DNA of 64,000 nucleotides, from contig NW_003314327.1 in NCBI RefSeq assembly GCF_000143415.4, forward strand, positions 326,851 to 390,850, written 5' to 3'. The DNA is from Selaginella moellendorffii. Its lineage: Eukaryota; Plantae; Lycopodiophyta. Made by a program: the position numbers and the translations under genes. The notes under the pieces were generated by a model. The model made no database searches. It was given only the letters and a program-made list of their open reading frames with translations, and was not told the DNA's origin. The number at the start of each line of letters is the position of its first letter. Position 1 is the first letter of the stretch. Shown one piece after another: positions 38,070 to 49,825 of the stretch.

Positions 38070-39900
38070 TCAATCAACATGTTACATGGGAGTTGGACTC
38101 CATACTAATTATTAAGAAAATTGATATGAAGTGGAAGCCACTTTTTATTCAATAATTATATATCAAAACTTTTGTGATAGTTTCAAACTTGCATTTGACT
38201 ATTGATTTTAAATTATACTCTACAATAAACTCTTGGAGCTGGATCTTCTTAACTAATTATATAACTTTCTCTGAAGGAAAGTTGGACTATTAAAATAAAT
38301 TGCTATGTGTTGCATATAGTAACACTTGGTTTGTTTAATAATAGTGTTATTCTTACTTATTAATTCAATTGGTTAAATAAAGTTTATAATTAGAAGCATG
38401 TTTGTAATTTATAAACACAAAATTATTTTTATTGCATATCAACCATTAAATGATGGAATAAAAAATAATATACTAGAAAGGGTTTAATTTATAAATTATA
38501 AATATAATATTAATCTAAATGAATAACAACCTTTAGATGGTAAAATATTCTAGAATATTCAAGCATATTCTAGGTATATTCACTACCATACAGGTTTGCT
38601 TAAGCAAACCAAAAATACCAAGTTATTCAACCCTAAACCAAATAAACTTAAAAACCTTTAAATGTACTATAATAGTAATTACTACTATGGTAAATTTAAA
38701 GAAGGGTACATCAGAGTTGGTTTTTTTTTCTAAGAAATTTATTTTAGAAAAAAACCCTTAACTTATGAGGGAGAAGTATTAGCCAAGAGTAACTAGTTAT
38801 ACAATTGTTTACATAAATGACTTTTTATATTATAATTGAGATATACTTAATTATAATATAAAAAGTCATTTATGTAAAAAATTGTATACTTGGACTTTTA
38901 AGGATGTTATGGATCACTAATTAAGTAGCTTTAGGAGGTCTTTGTTCTAAAAAATAATTTGCTGCACATTATATATAGCAACACTTGATTTTCTTAATAC
39001 TGTTTAGTATTATGTTTTGGAACTAAATAAACTAGAATCTAAAAGGTATAAAATGAAAATCTACTATTGTTCTCTAGGAATTCAATTGATCAAATAGAAG
39101 TTTATAATTTATAAACAATAAACTAAAATATAATAAAAAGTGTTTTAGAAAGTTTATAAACTATTAACATGTTTATAAATTATAAATACAAGATTAATCT
39201 TAAGAATAAACTAAAATATACTACAAAATTGTTTTGGAACGTTCGTGCAATCCACAGTTGCGGGATTGCTCAGGGGGATGTATAAATATAAAGCATATCC
39301 CAGAATCCAAACATATTCATGATTTGATTTAAGCAAACCAATAATTTTTACATTTTCCACAAACATATTTGATATCTTCTTTTTCTTTTGACAACCAAAA
39401 AGTGTCTCTTTGATTGAAGTAGACTTCTAGTTTCTATTGCAAACATTTGACCTCTTCTACTTTATATTTCTAATTGAGAGTAGAGAGTTTGATGTTATAG
39501 ATTCTTCTAATTCTTGTTGAGGTCTAGACCTTTGTCATTCACTATCCAAAACTTATCTGCTTTTGACGATCTAAACTAATAAATGACTTTGCACATTAAC
39601 TTATAAGCCAACTCTAAGCCTACTTTTAATAACTCAGAATTTCTATGCAAATGTTCACAAGATAAACCATATAGCATCAATAACACAAGAAAATGGAAGA
39701 TTTTCTTGTTTGTGTAGCATGGCCACTTCAGGTGAACATTAAAACAGTTTACCTTAGAATACTGTTCAAGATAGAAGAATAACATGTAAAAAATAAGAAC
39801 TAAATAATAACAATATCTTCCTAACTAATAGGAAATCCTAGAATGTACCTGAAGATTCTATAAAGCAAACCATATTGAAATGTTTGGACAGAGAAGTCGA
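38070..39900. mobile_element. AT-rich, CpG-depleted island with an internal direct repeat and a hairpin; probable non-autonomous transposon remnant
   Basis: 38298-38425 resembles 38955-39200; long palindrome at 38798-38888; no coding motifs. Confidence 0.45.
38798..38888. repeat. Inverted repeat: 40-bp arms, 1 mismatch, 11-nt loop
   Basis: tatacaattgtttacataaatgactttttatattataatt-gagatatactt-aattataatataaaaagtcatttatgtaaaaaattgtata. Confidence 0.9.
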
Positions 39901-40134
39901 GCTATAAAACAATTGATCAAGCGCTATTTGATGTGGTTCATGTTACATTTACAAATTTTCGGACAGAGCGATGACACTCCCCTCCCGCCCAGCATTTGCA
40001 GAGCAATTTCTTCCAATCATTATATTCTACGATAGGATCTAGCAATGCCTCAGTGGAAATGTGACGTGGCAAATTTCTAGGGTCAGGGTGATCGTTTAAA
40101 ACACGCGTCGGATAGTTTTAGGACTTATCTGGGC

Positions 40135-42207
40135 ATGGCTATGGCGAACGATGGAGGAGGCACGGTGGTCTTTGCGAGCGTGGGACGATCCCACTACGCC
40201 TTCGACGCATTCGCGCTCGATATCGCCACGCTCAAGGAGGAGGTACTCACCGACGGCGTCTCGGTTAACTTCAATGCCCAATTCGTGGAGGACGATCCGG
40301 TCTCTCTGGAGCTCCTGTGCGAACACGATCCATTGCCCAATTATCACCAGGGGGAGAAACCCAGTGCCGTGATCTTCGTCTCGGAGCGAACAGGAGCTAG
40401 CAACATCTTCCTCCGCCGCCAGTCGCTCACAAGTAAGTCCGATCGTGATGATCACAGCTCCACGCTCAAGCTCGGCAGCCTCGACGCTGGCGATGGATTC
40501 CTCTACTGCGATCGCCCCTGCGTCGCTGGCGGTGGAAGGATCATCTTCGCCTCCACCAAGAGCTCGCCGGAAATCTCGCAGAACCTCCGCCAGCCTAGCA
40601 CCGCCATCTTCTCGGCGTGCCTGAGGATCGGCTTGACGAGGCGGCTCACTCCCGAGGGCGTCGCGGACTATAGCCCGGCGCTCTCGCCCTCGAAGAAATG
40701 GATCGCGGTGGCCTCCAACGCTGGCAAGCCGTGGAGCGGCGAGATCCACGAGCTGGAAACGTCACTGTGGATCTTCAAGGCCGAGGATGGATCGTCTCGA
40801 AAGATGGTCGTGGAAAGAGGAGGATGGCCAACTTGGTCGGACGAGAGAACCATCTTCTTCCACAAGAGATCCCCCGAGGACGACTGGTGGAGCATCTACA
40901 AGGCTGTTCTTCCGGAGAGTCTGGAAGATCTCGACGCCGCGAAGATCGATCAGGCCGTGGAGCGAGTGACACCACCCGGAGTTCACGCTTTCACCCCGGC
41001 AGCGTCCAGGACGAGCAACTGGATCGTGGTGGCGACTCACAGGAGCAACACCACGTCGCGGCACATCGAGCTCTTCGATCTCTCTAAAGGATCGTTTCTT
41101 CCCGTCACCTTGGAACTCCACCCCGAGCTCCACCACTTCAATCCTTTCGTGTCCGCCACCTCGGACACTCTCATCGGCTACCATCGCTGCCGCAACGATG
41201 GATCCATCGTCCCAACGCTGGAACACGTCGCTTGCCCCGCGAACAACGACATCACTCTCGTCCGGATCGATGGCGCGTTTCCATCCATCTCCAGCGACGG
41301 AGCTCTCATCGCCTACAACACCGACTTCGAGGCCAGCGATTCCGGAGTGATGGTGGCCAAGCTCGACGGATCAAACCGGAAGAGGATCCTCACAGGCCTG
41401 GCCTTCACGACGTGCTGGAACCCATGCAAGCCCGGGACGATCTACACCAGCGTCGGCCACATCTTCGCGGAGGAGCGAGCGATGGTTCACATCGTCTCGC
41501 TCACTTTCGACGTCACAGCGCTCGAGGATCACTCCAGTTCTTCGAGTTCTACGCTGGAATCCAGCGTCAAAGTTCTCAGCAAGCCGGGAACCAACAACAA
41601 CGCGTTCCCGAGCTGCTCCCCGGATGGCAAGAACCTGGTGTTTCGATCCGGGCGCTCGGGCCACAAGAACCTTTACATCATGGACGCGGAGCTCGGCGAA
41701 GATGGTGGAATCCGAGCTCTCACCGAGGGTCCCTGGGTGGACACCATGCCGTGCTGGTCGCCGGATGGAAACTGGATCGCTTTCTCCTCCTCGAGAGACG
41801 GTCCCTCCAACGAGTTCTTCGCCATCTATCTCGTCCACCCCGATGGATCTGAGCTCCACCGAGTCTTCCCGGAGAGCTCCACGAGAGGCCGATGCAACCA
41901 CGTTTGCTTCAGCCCGGACTCTCAAACGCTGCTCTTCACGGCCGACTGTGGTGGTATCTCGGCCGAGCCAGTGTCCCTGGCTAACCAGTTCCAGCCTTAC
42001 GGAGAGCTCTTCTCGTGCAAGCTTGATGGATCGGAGCTCCGGCGATGGACTCACAACGCGTACGAGGATGGAACGCCTTGCTGGGGGCCTTTACGCCTTG
42101 ATCCTTCCTCCATCTCCAAGCAAGGGCAGGAACTTCACGCAAACTTCCAGGATTGTCTCTGGTTGAGCGCCGTGACTGAGAAGATGAAGCAGTACGCTGC
42201 TGCGTAG
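40135..42207 (+). CDS. TolB-related / PD40 beta-propeller protein, intronless
   Basis: GTVVFASVGRSHYAFDAF; repeated P..SPDG..I.F.S.R units (PSCSPDGKNLVFRSGRSG, PCWSPDGNWIAFSSSR); THNAYEDGTPCW. Confidence 0.88.
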   Translation: MAMANDGGGTVVFASVGRSHYAFDAFALDIATLKEEVLTDGVSVNFNAQFVEDDPVSLELLCEHDPLPNYHQGEKPSAVIFVSERTGASNIFLRRQSLTSKSDRDDHSSTLKLGSLDAGDGFLYCDRPCVAGGGRIIFASTKSSPEISQNLRQPSTAIFSACLRIGLTRRLTPEGVADYSPALSPSKKWIAVASNAGKPWSGEIHELETSLWIFKAEDGSSRKMVVERGGWPTWSDERTIFFHKRSPEDDWWSIYKAVLPESLEDLDAAKIDQAVERVTPPGVHAFTPAASRTSNWIVVATHRSNTTSRHIELFDLSKGSFLPVTLELHPELHHFNPFVSATSDTLIGYHRCRNDGSIVPTLEHVACPANNDITLVRIDGAFPSISSDGALIAYNTDFEASDSGVMVAKLDGSNRKRILTGLAFTTCWNPCKPGTIYTSVGHIFAEERAMVHIVSLTFDVTALEDHSSSSSSTLESSVKVLSKPGTNNNAFPSCSPDGKNLVFRSGRSGHKNLYIMDAELGEDGGIRALTEGPWVDTMPCWSPDGNWIAFSSSRDGPSNEFFAIYLVHPDGSELHRVFPESSTRGRCNHVCFSPDSQTLLFTADCGGISAEPVSLANQFQPYGELFSCKLDGSELRRWTHNAYEDGTPCWGPLRLDPSSISKQGQELHANFQDCLWLSAVTEKMKQYAAA

Positions 42208-42265
42208 TAGCGTTCTCTCTTGCGATTGACAATAACTTGGCATCCTCCATCGCCAAGAGCTTGGT

Positions 42266-44995
42266 TTATCGTATTGGATACTTGCATGAACAAGACCCAT
42301 GGCTGAACTGATGAAAGCTTCGATCGTCCCTGAGCGTGATCACCCTGTCCGCCACCTCGGAGATACACTTGATCACCTCGTGGCAGTCTTGGCACACGCC
42401 GATGTTCTTGACGATCCTCAGGGGCGTCCCCTCGGGTGTGGAGATCAATCCAAACACCACCGCCACCTTCTCGCTGTGGTACGACAACAAGAACTTCTTC
42501 TCTTGCTCGCCGTGATCGTGCACCTTCTTGATCGGATCCCGCTCGTACCCGGCCTTCCGGATCTCCACGCACAGCCTCTCGAGCTCCGCAAAGATTTCCT
42601 CCTCCCTCGGAAGAAGACGATCATCACCCGCGAAGAACTCGTACACCCGGTTGTTGATCTCGATCCAGCTACACCCCGGCTGCGTGATGAATCCCCGCTC
42701 CACCAAGCTCTGCCGCGCGTTCCTCACGTCGTCCCACTTCCGGCTCAGGCAAAACACGCTGGCGAGGAGCGAGTACGCGGAGCCGGATCTCAAGCTCGCC
42801 AGCCGCGCCGCCACCCTGCGAGCTCGTTCCAGATCGCCATACGTCCTACAAGCGCTGAGCAGCGTCATCCACGTCGAGTGATGCGCTCCCAGCGGCGCCC
42901 TCCTCATGAGCGCCTCGGCCTCGCGGATCCACCCCGCGCGGCTCAGCAGATCCACCAGGCACGCAAAGTGTGCCTCGGTGGGGGCGATGCCGTGGTCGTG
43001 GCGTAGCGACGTGAAGAACGCGACCGCCTCCCGGACGAGGCCCGAGTGGCTACACCCCGCGATGGCGCTCACGAAGCTCACGCTGTCCGGCTTGACGCCC
43101 TCCTGCTGCATCGAGTAGAAGCAGCGCAGCGCCTCCTCGGAGAGCCCGAACTGCGAGTACGCTGCCACCATCGCGCTCCAGGCCACCACGTCGCTCGCTC
43201 GCGCGCGCCGGGCCTTCGCAAACTCGGCCTTCGCATCGGCCAAGCTCCCACACTTCGCGTACATGTTGATCACCGAGGTGGTGAGAAGATCCGCGCTCGC
43301 GACCGCTTGACGATCGAAGAGCCCACGCTCGAGCATCCGGGAGTGCGTCAGGCGGCCGAGTCCCAGCGCCGCCAGGCTCGCGCAGGCGTCCAGGATCGAG
43401 AGGAACGTCACCGCGTCCGGGGCTACGCCTTGCAAGCTCATCCTCGCGAAGATGCCGAGCGTCTCCTTGCCTTGATCGCGAAGAACGTAGGCCGCGAGGA
43501 GCGCGTTCCACACCGTCACGTCTCGGACGTCGCGCATTCGATCGAAGGCTCGCCTGGCCGCGTCTGGATTGCCGCACTTGCCATACATGTCCACCAGCGC
43601 GGTCTGGAGGACGGGGTCGAGCTCTATCCCGCTCTCCGCGAGGCGGTCGTGGATCTCCTCGCCGAGCGCTAGCGCTTCCGAGCTCGCCCGAGCTTCGTCC
43701 TTGCCGGAACCAGCGATCGCAACGCACGACTCGAGGAGGTTGACGAAGGTGAAGCTGTCGAGCTTGACGCCTTCGTGGTCCATCCTCTTGATCACCGCGA
43801 TCGCTCGCTTGCCATGGCCGTGCCGGGCGTACGCTGCTAGCAAAGTCGTCCAGGAGATCTTGTCTCTCGTCTCGATCCCTTCCAGCGCATGCCTCGCAGC
43901 TCGGAGCTTCCCACACTTGCCATACAGGTTGACGAGCGCATTCGCCACGGCGTTGTCCGACTCCAATCCCTCGCCAGCGACGATCTCGTGGACGATCCGG
44001 CCCCGGGAGATGGATTGCATCCACGCGCAGGCATCGATGACGCTCACGAGAGTGATCTTGTTCGGCCGCAGCCCATCCAAGTCCATCTCCCCAAGCAAAG
44101 CGAACGCTTCCTTGTAGCGATCGTGTCTGGAGCAAGCCGCGATCATCGTGTTCCAAGTCACCGTGTTCTTCGCCTCCATCCTCTCGAACACCTCCCTCGC
44201 GAGATCCACCTCGCCACACTTCCCATACATGTTGACGATCGTGTTGCCGAGGATCACATCGTCGCCAAGGAGCCCATCCGCGACGATCCTCTCGTGGATC
44301 GACTTGCCCAGCGCGATCGCCCCCAAGCTCGCGCACGCATCCAGGACGCTCACGAAGGTGATCGCGTTGGCCTTGACGCCTTCGTGATCCATGCGCACGA
44401 AGAGCTCCAAAGCATCGGCCGGATGCCCGCGCTGGGCATACGCTGCGATCATCGCACTCCACGACACAACATTCCTCACGACCATCGCATCGAAAGCTCT
44501 CCTCGCGTGGATCACACTACCGCATCGATTGTACATGGTGAGCACCGCGGTCGCCACCACAACGTCGGATCCAAGCCCGGACGCCTCGCAAACCGTGCGG
44601 TGGAAGAACTCCCCCTGCGACAAATCCCCCAGGCTCGCGAATGCGTCGAGGATGGCGATGCACGATACTCTATCCGGCGCCACGCCCTCGAGCGCCATCG
44701 CCCGGAAGATCTCCAGAGCCCGGGCGTGATGCCCATTCCGGGCATACTCCGCGATCGCGAGATTCCAGGAGAAGGGGCTCCTCTCAGCCATTGCGGCAGC
44801 GTCGCCATGGATTTCTACCGGGAGATTCTCCACTGGCGAGCCGGCAATCTGGGCGTGGACGATCTTGGAGCTCCCCAGCAGTGCCGCGCGCTCGCAATCG
44901 CTGGCTGGGAGTGGATTGCCTTGCTCGTGGTAGCCCTGGCTATGGATCCACAAGCATTGGAGCCTGCCCTTGCCTCTCTGGCATTGGCGCAACAT
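42266..44995 (-). CDS. PLS-class PPR protein with E/E+ and DYW-type deaminase domain (organellar RNA editing factor); atypical C-terminus
   Basis: Repeated MYGKCG / VSWSAMIAAY / TFVSVLDAC units, PG box PGCSWIE, HSEK, CQDCH; ends CSCKYPIR*. Confidence 0.92.
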   Translation of the reverse strand: MLRQCQRGKGRLQCLWIHSQGYHEQGNPLPASDCERAALLGSSKIVHAQIAGSPVENLPVEIHGDAAAMAERSPFSWNLAIAEYARNGHHARALEIFRAMALEGVAPDRVSCIAILDAFASLGDLSQGEFFHRTVCEASGLGSDVVVATAVLTMYNRCGSVIHARRAFDAMVVRNVVSWSAMIAAYAQRGHPADALELFVRMDHEGVKANAITFVSVLDACASLGAIALGKSIHERIVADGLLGDDVILGNTIVNMYGKCGEVDLAREVFERMEAKNTVTWNTMIAACSRHDRYKEAFALLGEMDLDGLRPNKITLVSVIDACAWMQSISRGRIVHEIVAGEGLESDNAVANALVNLYGKCGKLRAARHALEGIETRDKISWTTLLAAYARHGHGKRAIAVIKRMDHEGVKLDSFTFVNLLESCVAIAGSGKDEARASSEALALGEEIHDRLAESGIELDPVLQTALVDMYGKCGNPDAARRAFDRMRDVRDVTVWNALLAAYVLRDQGKETLGIFARMSLQGVAPDAVTFLSILDACASLAALGLGRLTHSRMLERGLFDRQAVASADLLTTSVINMYAKCGSLADAKAEFAKARRARASDVVAWSAMVAAYSQFGLSEEALRCFYSMQQEGVKPDSVSFVSAIAGCSHSGLVREAVAFFTSLRHDHGIAPTEAHFACLVDLLSRAGWIREAEALMRRAPLGAHHSTWMTLLSACRTYGDLERARRVAARLASLRSGSAYSLLASVFCLSRKWDDVRNARQSLVERGFITQPGCSWIEINNRVYEFFAGDDRLLPREEEIFAELERLCVEIRKAGYERDPIKKVHDHGEQEKKFLLSYHSEKVAVVFGLISTPEGTPLRIVKNIGVCQDCHEVIKCISEVADRVITLRDDRSFHQFSHGSCSCKYPIR

Positions 44996-45069
44996 GAATG
45001 AGACGACATGATCCTCTCGGGGCGAGTTTTAGGGTTTTTGGAGGATGGGTTGATTTGGGCGGGAACGCG

Positions 45070-48000
45070 ATGGCTTCGTGCCCGGCAAGATCAGCGCCAA
45101 TCCATCCCATCGACAAGGCATCGATTCACAGGATCTGCTCCGGCCAGGTGATTCTAGATCTTGCCACCGCCGTCAAGGAGCTCGTCGAGAACAGCCTCGA
45201 TGCTGGCGCCACCAGCATTGAAGTCAAGCTCAAGGAGCACGGAGGGGATGCGATTGAGGTCTCGGACAATGGGTCTGGCGTCTCCTCCGATAACTATCAG
45301 GTCTTCTTTCTTTCTCTCGATCTCTTTGTTCTTCGCAAGTTCTCAAGTGATTTTTTTTTGCATTTTTTCAGGGACTTACGCTCAAGTATCACACGTCGAA
45401 ACTCTCAGATTTTTCCGACTTGCAGTCTTTGACGTCGTTTGGATTTCGCGGGGAGGCTTTAAGCTCCCTCTGCTCGCTGGCCGACGTAAGTATTCTTACA
45501 AGGACCAAAGAGGACGAAACGGGAACTCGTATATCTTACAACCGCGCTGGTCTCATCGTTTCTAAAGAGACTGCCGCTCGCCAAGTCGGGACTACTGTGA
45601 CCGTCTCAAAGCTGTTCAGTCCGCTCCCCGTGCGGCACAAGGAGTTTTTGCGAAACGTGAGGCGGGAGTACAGCCGCATGATCGCCATTTTGCAAGTAAG
45701 GATCGAGTTTCCTTGTCTTTCTTCGATGTTCTCATCGCTTCTTTGACAGGCTTATGCACTGATTTCCAAAAATGTTCGCCTGGTGTGCACGAACTTGGTT
45801 GGCAAAAGCAGTCGCTCCACGATTCTACGCACACAGGGTGGCTCTGTCAGGGAAAACATCGTCACCATCTTTGGTCCCAAGACGATGGCGTGCTTGGATC
45901 CTATGGACATCAGCTTGCCCGAGGACTTAAGCATCGAAGGCTTCGTTTCGAAGCCGGGGTCCGGCTCTGGCAGAGGATCGAGCGACCGCCAGTTTTTCTT
46001 CGTCAATGGACGACCGGTGGACTTGCCAAAGTTTAGCAAGCTGCTAAACGAGCTCTATAAATCTTTCAACTCACAGCAGTACCCGATGGCTGTGCTCAAC
46101 TTTCGGCTTCCAACAACGGCGTATGACGTGAATGTAACTCCGGACAAACGCAAGCTCTTCCTTCACTCGGAAAGCTCGTTCATGGACGGTCTCAGGAACG
46201 CTCTTGGTAACTTATACGCTCCCAGCAAGTACACGTACGCGGTCCATGAGGTGGAGGAGCAGAAGTCCTATATGGCGGACTTGCAAACTCAGGTAGATAT
46301 CGAGGCTGGAGTTGAAGAAGTTGAAGCTAGTGAAGAAGAACAGAATGAAGATGAAGATGACGAAGCGGAGCCAGAAGCTTCGAAGCCTCTGGACTTTTTC
46401 GCTTTTTCTCATGAGGATGTGAGCATCAAAACATCTGTGAGGCCGGCCAGGGTGGCACTTGCGGACAAGAAATGTTCCGTCCAGGGGAAGCTGACTGGAT
46501 TTGTTTCGCAAAAGAGAAGAACTGAAGACTCCAAAGAGCTGCTTAGTGAAGAACCAGTGCTCAAGAGACGCGCAACGACGATGGAACTCAAAACTCCTCC
46601 AAATGCTTTTCCGAAGGAGAAAAACTTCGAGACCGCTAGACAGGCTGATCACTCGTCGAATCCACAGAATGGATCGGCGACAGATGGTGAGGCTCTTGGT
46701 GAAGAATGTGGAGGCCTTCTAAGTGAAGCGCCATTGCTGAAGAAGTGTGCAAAGGTGGGACTTGTGCCGAAGTACTTTGCTCCCAAACAGCAGGACTCTT
46801 CTGTGCAACGTCCGAAGCCTGGTCGAATCAGCGAGCTGCCGAAAAATCCTGTTACTCTTGAATCTGACGACGATGAGGAGGATTCTAGACCTTCCGAAGT
46901 TCAGGTACGCATCTTTTTTTGCGGTTTTTTTTTTTTAACTTGGTTTTTTTTAAGGTTTTGCATACTAAGGATCAAGATAAGTCGCCCGAGCCTCCTCATA
47001 CTCCCGCTGAAAAGGCGAAATGTTGCAGCGGGACTAGATATAAGCGCGATAGCTTGTTATCCGAGGAGGTGAATCCCGTAGCATCCACGGAAATCCGAGA
47101 GGTCGAAGATGACGAAACCGAAAAAAGCATGGACAGGGCCGAAGCGTGTGCGAGAGAACTTAGCTTCGATATTGAGAAAGTGCGGGGCAGGATACGAAGA
47201 GGTTTGTTTCAATACAACAAAAACTTCTCCGCCAAAAGTGCGAAAGGAAGGTAAGGTGTTAGTATTTCTTACACACATCATGATGTGATATTTCGTGAAC
47301 AGGTCCTTCAAAGCGGCCACTTTAAGTCTCGAAGGCCCAGTTCAAGATAAAGAGGCAGCGTTGGCCTCAGCAACGAAAGAACTCGAGCGCTCTTTTCGGA
47401 AAGGCGATTTTAATCGCATGAAGGTAGTAGTAGTAGTACGCTTTGCAAGTTTTATCTCCTTACGATACAACTCTTGACAGATAATTGGTCAGTTCAACCT
47501 TGGATTTATTATTGCGAGGCTGGACTCTGATTTGTTTATTATCGATCAGGTAGCTTAATATCAAGTTTCTTTCTCTGGAGCAAAGCGTTTTCATTATTTT
47601 CAATTCCGTTCAGCATGCGTCGGACGAAAAGTATAACTTTGAGCGTTTGTCCAAGTCCACAGTCTTAAACCGGCAACCTCTTCTCAGGTGTGACCTTTAC
47701 TTTGTATTCATTGGTTTTTTATAATTCATGTTTTTCAACAGGCCAATGCCGCTACATTTATCTTCAGCGGAGGAAATCATCATCTCGACACACATGGAAG
47801 TATTCAGGTGCACGAGGAAACAAACAGGAAATCTAAAGGAATGCTCGAATTTTTCCATGACAGGCAAAATGGCTTCGATTTTACTGAGCAAGAGGACGCG
47901 CCTCCCGGGCAAAGGATTCTCTTGTCTGCCGTTCCATTCAGCAAAAATGTTACCTTTGGCGTCTCAGGTAAACTTAGAACGCTGATATACCAATCTTTGT

Positions 48001-48355
48001 TTTTCTTCTCTGCTAGATGTCCAAGAGCTAGTGTCGCTCTTATCGGAAGATTATGGGAGCAGCTCCTCCCATCTCGTCCAGCCATCGCGGGTGCGCTCAA
48101 TGCTGGCTTCACGCGCCTGCCGGTCGTCGATTATGATCGGCGATGCCTTGAGTAAGAAAGAAATGGAAAAGGTCAGTGCACAATTTCGAGAGAACTAAAG
48201 TTCTATTCACTCACAAATTTTTGTGTGCTTTGTGTCCAAAGGTTGTGAGGCATCTCGCAGACTTGGACGCGCCTTGGAACTGTCCGCATGGACGTCCCAC
48301 CATGCGGCATCTGTATGATCTAAACGCCAAGAAAAAGGCTTTGCTGTCACCGTGA
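45070..48355 (+). CDS. PMS1: MutL-family mismatch repair endonuclease (plant PMS1 / PMS2 orthologue), multi-exon
   Basis: [81 protein letters not shown]. Confidence 0.96.
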
Positions 48356-48772
48356 TAACCTGTAAGTTATGTACAAAGCTCCATTTTGCAAGTAACCGTA
48401 GTCTTATTTCATCGCTAGTTTTGCTAATTCTCGAATTTCAGGAGACCACAGCTGCAAATGGCTAATAGAAGGTTTGCGATTATAAAAGGACTCTCTTCTC
48501 GAGTAAACTTACATATGTCAGAGATATAAATCTATGAATCTTCTCTTCCAGATGTGCAAGAATAAGTGTCGCTTCATGGACGTCGCACCATTGTATGGTC
48601 TAACGAAGGCTTCGTTGTCACGGTGATATATCGTAAGTTGTATGGTTTTTCCTGTACAGGCACGTAGAATGCCACTTACATCGTTTTTTTTTTTTGTTTT
48701 CGTTAGCAAGCGGGCAGTAAATTCTTAAGAGACGAGATTTATAAACAAAGCATCACCTTCCATGGAAACAAT

Positions 48773-49722
48773 TCAGTATGGAATAGTACCCAGGCCTTCT
48801 CCATCGTGAATCAGGCTCTCGGTAAGCCAGTACCCATCCCAGCTCCCTCCAACCATCTGGAAAACTTTCGGGTTAAGCTCTGAGAAGCATTGAAGAAAAA
48901 CCAGTCACCTGGACGAGAGTAAACTCGAAAGTCCCCTCTTCGTCAGGACGAGCACCCTGGATCCATATTCTCTCCTTAAGCGAATGCTGTAAAGCAAAAG
49001 AATCTTCATCATAAGAAGCGAAAGAGAAGCCATACCTCTGACACTCGTAAGCTACTCAATGTGCGTCTCTCCTTGTGACCGAGGAGCACTCTGTAAGTTT
49101 GATGATGATAAATGCGTCTAAATCTCTCAAACTATATCGTGAAAGTCAAGAGCAAAGCCAAATGGATTCCATGATCTTTCATACTCACTTGTCCTAGATC
49201 CAGGTACCGGCCGAAGTAATTTGAGCGGCTGAATGGATCGAAAGCAGCAAACTGGCCATCCAAGAAAAGAAAAACGATCAAGAAAGAAATGGAAGCGAGC
49301 AAAACACAATTCTACCCGATACATGACTTCGATTCCATGATCAGGATATGGGCGATCGTTCTCTTGGAGAGCATCCAGCTGCTGGAGTATCGTGTCTTCC
49401 GCCGTTAACTACACCGAAAGAAAATCCTCATAATGGATCGAAAATTCACGAAAACTTACTGCTAGAGTCGGTCCGAGGGGCTTCTTTAGCCGTGATTCAC
49501 CCCTGGATAGCGATTAAGAACAAGAAGATCCTACAGGAAGCTCTAGAAGACTCACCACGTCGCGGGAAGAAAATCTGGCACATCCATTTTGGAAATCACT
49601 CGGCCAAGGCGCTGGCGCCTGGGAAATTGCTGCCGCTGCCATGGCCCCGCTGGGGGATAGATCGAAGAGCTCAAGTGATCGATGGAACCTAGAAATCTAG
49701 CGCCTATTTCCAATGCCGCCAT
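48773..49722 (-). CDS. Conserved plant protein of unknown function, probable plastid transit peptide, multi-exon
   Basis: MAALEIGARF...RVISKMDVPDFLPATW, LDALQENDRPYPDHGIEVMY, ERFRRIYHHQTYRVLLGH, GGSWDGYWLTESLIHDG; GT-AG exons, not all traced. Confidence 0.7.
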
Positions 49723-49825
49723 TCAAATAAACTAGACTACGTTTCCCCTTGTAGAGGCCACGCTGGCATTAAAACTAGTGGCTGTAATGTAATGCTTTTA
49801 AAATATTTTAGGGTTCTAGCGAGCA

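Noticed and set aside
39245-39290. Small GC hairpin (gcaatcc...ggattgc) as a Helitron 3' end
   Set aside because: No CTRR terminus at the expected distance on either strand.
42299-45001. Several 180-470 aa ORFs overlapping the PPR gene
   Set aside because: Shadow ORFs of GC-rich coding DNA with no motifs of their own.
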